Translations under genes and position numbers: made by a program
Assembly (NCBI GenBank): GCA_023247725.1
Contig: JAHFFW010000002.1
Coordinates: 160-64,159 of the forward strand
From: Candidatus Omnitrophota bacterium
Lineage (GTDB): Bacteria; Omnitrophota; Gorgyraeia; Zapsychrales; JAHFFX01
DNA: 64,000 nt
Direction of reading: 5' to 3'
The notes under the pieces: generated by a model
What the model was told of the DNA's origin: nothing
Seen by the model: the letters and a program-made list of their open reading frames with translations, nothing else
Databases searched by the model: none
In this document: piece by piece, positions 59,401-64,000 of the stretch
Position numbering within the stretch: the stretch's first letter is position 1
Layout: each line of letters begins with the position of its first letter

Positions 59401-62400
59401 TCGCTTACGCAAGCCCCCCAAGGTTCAAACCCCGGCGATGTTATTGAGATAGACGGGAAAAAATATATCGTGACGAAGGATCACCAAAAGATTCAGGAAG
59501 GGCAACGGGCCTCTTCCGGACTCTTCGACCAGATTTTCTACAATACCGGTAAACAATTCCAATTGGCCATGCAGAATTATTTTTCGGGTGGCGGGGCCTT
59601 CGGGTATCTGGATGAAGACGAGGACGGCAATGTTATATTCCGATGGGATCGCGGCAAAAGGGGTGAACCAGGATACATTCCTGCCACTAATCAGATGCTG
59701 GAATTTGCCACGGCATTGACCCGCATGAGCGGCTTCAGTGTGGAAACAGCCCTGGAAGCAGACAGTGTCTGGAAAACCATGCTCAAAGAAAATACCGAGG
59801 CCAAAGGCGACGAAGTCTTACCGACCCAGGAGGAAATCAATGATCCGGCCAAATGGGCCGCGTTTATTAAGCGGGTGCGCAAGGACGACAAGAAACGGGC
59901 GAAGAATTTTGAAGCCATGGTGGCCCAAGGCAAGAAAGACCAGATTATGACTCTGGAAGACCAGTTCAGGATGACGTGGCTTCGCAGCCATAACCCTGGG
60001 ACAGCCGAGATGAGTTATCTGGCCAATATCACTCTTCCTGCCTCGATCATTACGAATATGGAAACGACCATGGGAGTTATTTTATCAACCTTACCCGCCG
60101 GCGCCCGTCAGGCGTTCTACAATTTAGGATTCACTCTTTACGACACGGTTGGATTAACAACAGACAATGGCACCATTATTCTTTATAACGCTGACAAGGA
60201 CCCATCGATTCCAGGAGTGATTACCGGTGATTTGGTAGGGACACGTTTTCTTTTGTTTGGTCAAAATCTGGGTCAACTTCAAGGCCAGATGGCTAGTAGA
60301 ATTGTGACGACGGTCCAGGTCAATGAAGAGGACTGGGAGAGTTTTCAAGACAAGGCGAAGCAATTAGGCATCAAAATAAAAAAAGGCAAGAAAGAAGGTC
60401 ATAAACAGACCGTCAATTTGTTGTTATCTCCGGAGCAGTTTGAGCAAATTGTGCGAACGGCAAAAGACAAAAAAGGAAATGTGGTTTATAGCGTAGCCCT
60501 CAATCCGGTAACGAAAGACAATGCTCTCACGTCCAAAAAAGACGGAGCAAATTTGGCTTTGGGAGATATCTTGGCCATTACAGAATCCGGTGGCGGGGGA
60601 AGCATTACGAAAATTACAAAGAAAAAGGATCAATCGTTCGAGATTGAGATTGCCATGCCCGGCGGTAAAACTATGACCAGAATCCTCTCCGCCGGTGAAA
60701 CAGTTTCCATTCTCGGCTCGGGCTTGGCTTTAGGTGATACGGTCGCTACGACTGAGTCAGAAGGGGCTTTGGGCAAAATTAATAAAATTACGAAATTGCC
60801 TAATGGGAAATTCCAGGTGGAAATCTTGATGCCAAACGGCGGCATTATCACAAAGACCTTGTCCGCCGATAGCCATATTAAAATTGTGTCCAATGAACTT
60901 TCTTCCGCAATCTCCCCGCTGGCTGCCAAGGTCAGCGTCTCCTATGACGTGAATGACTGGTACAGTATGAACTTCTCTACGCCTGTTTTAAGCCTCGCTG
61001 CACAAAAGAAGTTAGGCTTATCTTATAAGGACACCTATCTGCGGTATCGTGATCAAGTCGGTAAGATCAAGCAGTTTGATCAGGAAGTTCCGGTCCTGGT
61101 TAAGTCCACCGATGACAACAAATTAAATTTTTTGCTCAATGTAGATAATGCCTATGTTGCGATGGGTCAGGATGAAAGTTATGTGGTGGATCAGAAGGGG
61201 GAGATTGCTGCCCAAAGGCTAGGCAAAAGCCTCAGCTTTGATCTTCAATTTAAACACCCTGGCGGTCTGGTCGATCAAATTTTATATTCGTTCGGTGGTC
61301 CGGCGGGAAAACAGTTTGTGCAATACATGAACAACAGGCGTATTGGTCGTACGGGTCTGGAAATCTACCGTATTGTCGCCGGAAAAGTTACGGGAGACCG
61401 ATTGAATTCTTATGCCAGGGTCATGGAAGGGGAGAATCCAAAGGAGGTTTATAAGAACCTTTCTCAGCAAGAGGCGATTATTTATGCTGGTGGATATTTT
61501 ACCTTGCCTGGAACTTCTGCCAACGTTTCCAATGCCGGGTTTTCCTTTATGATCGGTATATTGAATGGACAAAGGGAGATCGCCCTCGAGCCAGGTTTCA
61601 ATAAGCCACTTTCTGTGCACATCGGACGCCTTCCTTTAATTGGTCGGTTGAAGACCGCGATTTTGATTGGAGGAAAACCGGTCGCCATGCAGATTCCAGG
61701 AGAAGGAAAAGCCGCCGAGGTCCAAGAAATCGGCGTGCAGGGGGTTGATTTGTCGTTAAGCGGTAACGCCGAAAATTTTGGAGCGCAGATTTCCCATTTC
61801 GTCAAAGGCGGTTCAACGCTTACTTCGATGGACTACATTAAGCGGCGCTATTTTCGTGAATTGGCCAGTAATCAACGAGCTGGGGAAAATGCTTATACTG
61901 GCAATGACCAGGATAAAGCCGTCTCTTCGGGAACCGCTAATGCAGAGGAGTCCGGCAAGCCAAAGGCTGGTTTCAAGGTTGATGAAAAAAATGAATTTTT
62001 CCTTTTTACCGCTGGAGAGGGCGAGGCCGGAATGGGAATCGATCTGGGAGGTCTGGCTGATCTCAGTGGACGGATGCGCAATGATATGCTTCCCGGAATT
62101 CAGGTGCTGTTGCCAGATCATATTAAGAGGGTTGTTACAAAGAATGCCAAGGGAGAGATCGTCTATGCCAAAACCAATGCCCGGGGAGAACCACTCTATG
62201 AAGAAGATAGCGTGGCCCTGGCAACGGTTATGAAGCTCACCGATGATCAGAAGGTTTATCGTCGCAAAAAAGACGGACAGCTTGTGTCAGCGGGCGAACG
62301 AGTCAAGGGAGAGGAATATGATGCAGGTTTGTGGGTGATGAATGATAAGGGTGAAATTGAATTTAAAATACCACGACATAATTCTCTCGTCGAGGTCGGG

Positions 62401-64000
62401 GCCTTTGGAACCCGATATGGCGGAGGTCAGGCGTTTCTTCACCACGGAGCAGAAGAGGCCGATAAGTTTCTTTTAGCAAGTTTGCATAACCGGCGCGTGC
62501 ATGTCTCGCTGGGACTAGGACCCGGGGATGAACCGGCTTTCGTGAGCGGCATTGGACCAAAGCAAGGCCTCATCTTAGATACCCAGGAGTTTGAAAAAAA
62601 TAGTTTTATTGAAGCCAAGGGGGTCAAAGATCGCTTTACTGCAGATTATCTCAGCACGCATGGGTCATGGAATGTCATGATTACCGGTGTTCTTAAGAAC
62701 ATGAATGTGGAAGAGCTCGCTAAGCTTTTGGGGAAGGACGGGGGCGTGCGAGGTTATATCCAAGGCCTCGAGGCACTTTCTCCGGAAGAAATGAAGACGA
62801 TTGCTGTCGTCAGTCAAATTTTGGGGACGAATCCTGAGGACCCAGAACAAATGCGTCGGTTTGAATCCTGGTTTGGCAAAATCGCACCGGATCGCCAGAA
62901 AAAACTTCTTGCTGAGATTGACAGTTTGATGGCCGAGGTCGAGGCGCAGCGAACCGGCGCTCCTCAATTGACGGCGGAGCAACGCGAACAGCTGGCCAAG
63001 CTTTTGCCGGAAGTGAATAGTCATATCCAAGGTCGGGCGGAGATTTCCCCAGAGGATAAAGATTTGCTCAATCGTGTCAATCAGGCCTTTCAGGAGAGCC
63101 TCAATGATCCAGAAGAGATGGCTCGGCTGAGATCTCTGTTTGGAAAAATCACATCAGGCTCGCAAGACGACGTGATCAATCAGATAGCCAGCTTAATAGT
63201 GGGGAAGGCGTCTTTAACCCCACAGCAACGAGTGGCCTCAGCCAATGATATCGTGGACGCCCTTAATGCGGATGAGATGGAACCCCTGCGAGTTCGCTTC
63301 ATGAATGCCTTGGGTGATAAGGATTATATTGGCCAGACGATTGCTTTACAAGTAAAAGGGAAGGATCAGCTTTTTGCGCAGGCCATTAAGAGTGGGAATA
63401 AGACCAGCAATGCCGCTTCGACGCAAGATAATTCTGGCCTGCTGGAAGATTACATCATGCTGACGAAGTCGAAGGGACAAATTGCCAATACGGCTTCCGT
63501 GGATTTGGCGATTTCCGCTAAAGAAGGCGAAGCCGTCTTGGAGATCAATACGCAAGGGGATCTTTCGACCCATCAATTCACCCCGGGGGCGATTTGGAGG
63601 CTACCGCGGGCGGGGCCGTCGTATCTATATCAGGTGGCCTCTACGGATTTAAGAGGCAACACGGTGACGCCACTCGGAACGTTCAAAGGCAACGACGCCT
63701 TAAGTAAGATTTTAGATGGTAATATTCCCGATCTTCCTCTCCCGGCGCTGCAGTTGGCCGGAAGAACGCCTAAAGAGGAAGTAACCGTTAAGCTAACTTC
63801 TAGTGGTGAAGAGGTTCCATCAACTGCCGATCAATCTGCCGGCATCTTATCAAACCAGCCAACGGGAGCAGGCGCTTTCAATAATCCATTTACATCGTTC
63901 ATTCGAGTTGCAACCGGCCCGACGCAAAACAATAATCAAGAACCGGTTTCTGAAGTAGATTTTGCTAAGATTATCAACAAGGATGTGAATGCTGCCGGCG
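56491..64000 (+). CDS. Giant protein (partial, >2500 aa) with N-terminal C39-like cysteine peptidase, TM helices and hexapeptide repeats
   Basis: In-frame reading spot-checked at many points from ATG 56491 to the window end; absence from the ORF track is consistent with no stop; W.R.VA..VV..F..EQ..WA leader; NCG (Cys 56998), EHFV (His 57253), DIG (57301); VDPTATVDPTAVL... LbH repeats 58081-58440. Confidence 0.9.
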   Translation, partial: MDNRMDKKDPAIAEDGESIESPINDYIGQLDIHLSKERKRFKSRFKQWIRNVAFVVVFVFTPEQISWAFNYDPTVLWRDKFAHQAQVASSVASAEEISSANIAASVEQLLNQIAYKEKSRIQLKITNSAIANSELNTRDLAIDSNVFFTKNRIKEIYDWLKSPDIHPLNCGIYALRDILSSHQIEISLEELSVATLMVDLMNNIVRPGEEKLKTSLYAINKVVDAYGLNLEPFKLDPKNVLKVKPPFIANFGSEHFVTVTRFEGNTVYFMDIGRSMSLPQDEFVSQLSGFILAAEPTDLGIAYEPVPDQMMAFIWGNRWHSRHHLLPGLISGKSLAISTAINVGMMFGGAWLGSVTMGKNFTTLLEIAMTLGQGASILGESVATMCVMAGKCSAKTAFLLNMGISAGITMGVSAMASAGAFGPYSNPTSSVSALTQINALLDKLGIVGDVIQHIAGGFSHIAKIFGRFFGIGQGRIFAQSPFGSFLQNMGMIGPHQTFVGQILEGVAKGIGWGFKQLAKVFGYKEKPAPSVDPTATVDPTAVLEKGVVVKAGAVVESDVVLKSGAVVEAGAIIKTGSVVGSGAHIGEHAMIGANSQIGANATIATDAIVGAHAVIEKGATVMAGATVRAQARVLAGATVGGGENVPMGAIFTGEVAEKVANVAQISVVQALGRFGVGFTKGFALGVGVGYVEYEIAQMIQDALGEDANPIIVQTILTIGTSVGGALAMTAITHFADKAFHVGYGKLTGDDKAKAKATEAAEQKAMRATYVYQSSESNLEDPNDVFGKAILKMERDEFVFQKEFSKVNSQFSFIGQLFAAFKGELPNIVGQLSGMAIRLLAYRLAGGKNAKKNIADADTNFSQALGQIGNTIGSLGYSGLSPAARRQMQEKQQTSWGRLLLRRLTQGALAAALYLGLDKIEDGLIRNQGFSGLGPGMDALEVRALLFLGSAVVVGFSKALTLKLVGYFPVISLTQAPQGSNPGDVIEIDGKKYIVTKDHQKIQEGQRASSGLFDQIFYNTGKQFQLAMQNYFSGGGAFGYLDEDEDGNVIFRWDRGKRGEPGYIPATNQMLEFATALTRMSGFSVETALEADSVWKTMLKENTEAKGDEVLPTQEEINDPAKWAAFIKRVRKDDKKRAKNFEAMVAQGKKDQIMTLEDQFRMTWLRSHNPGTAEMSYLANITLPASIITNMETTMGVILSTLPAGARQAFYNLGFTLYDTVGLTTDNGTIILYNADKDPSIPGVITGDLVGTRFLLFGQNLGQLQGQMASRIVTTVQVNEEDWESFQDKAKQLGIKIKKGKKEGHKQTVNLLLSPEQFEQIVRTAKDKKGNVVYSVALNPVTKDNALTSKKDGANLALGDILAITESGGGGSITKITKKKDQSFEIEIAMPGGKTMTRILSAGETVSILGSGLALGDTVATTESEGALGKINKITKLPNGKFQVEILMPNGGIITKTLSADSHIKIVSNELSSAISPLAAKVSVSYDVNDWYSMNFSTPVLSLAAQKKLGLSYKDTYLRYRDQVGKIKQFDQEVPVLVKSTDDNKLNFLLNVDNAYVAMGQDESYVVDQKGEIAAQRLGKSLSFDLQFKHPGGLVDQILYSFGGPAGKQFVQYMNNRRIGRTGLEIYRIVAGKVTGDRLNSYARVMEGENPKEVYKNLSQQEAIIYAGGYFTLPGTSANVSNAGFSFMIGILNGQREIALEPGFNKPLSVHIGRLPLIGRLKTAILIGGKPVAMQIPGEGKAAEVQEIGVQGVDLSLSGNAENFGAQISHFVKGGSTLTSMDYIKRRYFRELASNQRAGENAYTGNDQDKAVSSGTANAEESGKPKAGFKVDEKNEFFLFTAGEGEAGMGIDLGGLADLSGRMRNDMLPGIQVLLPDHIKRVVTKNAKGEIVYAKTNARGEPLYEEDSVALATVMKLTDDQKVYRRKKDGQLVSAGERVKGEEYDAGLWVMNDKGEIEFKIPRHNSLVEVGAFGTRYGGGQAFLHHGAEEADKFLLASLHNRRVHVSLGLGPGDEPAFVSGIGPKQGLILDTQEFEKNSFIEAKGVKDRFTADYLSTHGSWNVMITGVLKNMNVEELAKLLGKDGGVRGYIQGLEALSPEEMKTIAVVSQILGTNPEDPEQMRRFESWFGKIAPDRQKKLLAEIDSLMAEVEAQRTGAPQLTAEQREQLAKLLPEVNSHIQGRAEISPEDKDLLNRVNQAFQESLNDPEEMARLRSLFGKITSGSQDDVINQIASLIVGKASLTPQQRVASANDIVDALNADEMEPLRVRFMNALGDKDYIGQTIALQVKGKDQLFAQAIKSGNKTSNAASTQDNSGLLEDYIMLTKSKGQIANTASVDLAISAKEGEAVLEINTQGDLSTHQFTPGAIWRLPRAGPSYLYQVASTDLRGNTVTPLGTFKGNDALSKILDGNIPDLPLPALQLAGRTPKEEVTVKLTSSGEEVPSTADQSAGILSNQPTGAGAFNNPFTSFIRVATGPTQNNNQEPVSEVDFAKIINKDVNAAG

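Noticed and set aside
56642-63576. Many short ORFs on both strands in the track
   Set aside because: Shadows of the single giant plus-strand ORF

Overview
Bacterial chromosomal window spanning the replication origin. Gene content suggests Omnitrophota (OP3); this is an inference from the Tad-locus style and the giant C39-peptidase gene. 1-15.3 kb is minus-strand housekeeping: pheT/pheS, rplT-rpmI-infC-thrS, tRNA-Val/Leu/Cys, coaC, rpoZ, gmk, yicC, ndk, parAB, a Jag_N-only ORF, yidC, yidD, rpmH, with no rnpA. 15.4-23.7 kb holds oriC, dnaA-dnaN-dciA-gyrB-gyrA and tRNA-Glu. 23.7-29.3 kb is an accessory patch: an IS with 16-bp target duplication, a DUF3015/Lnb-like pair with an internal amber stop, and a DUF488 two-gene module. 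gst, a nitrilase-family gene and mdh follow. 32.6-55.2 kb is an elaborate Tad (type IVc) pilus locus with 12 prepilin-like ORFs, very Cys-rich adhesins, a secretin fused to two TonB-C domains, a CpaE-TadA fusion and an HTH protein resembling an inactivated transposase. From 56.5 kb a >2500-aa giant ORF, absent from the ORF track, runs off the window. Most notable: the Tad + giant-protein + putative regulator module with a shared TGTCCA motif, a structured attenuator-like leader before the pilins, and degenerate tRNA copies interrupted by a palindromic element.
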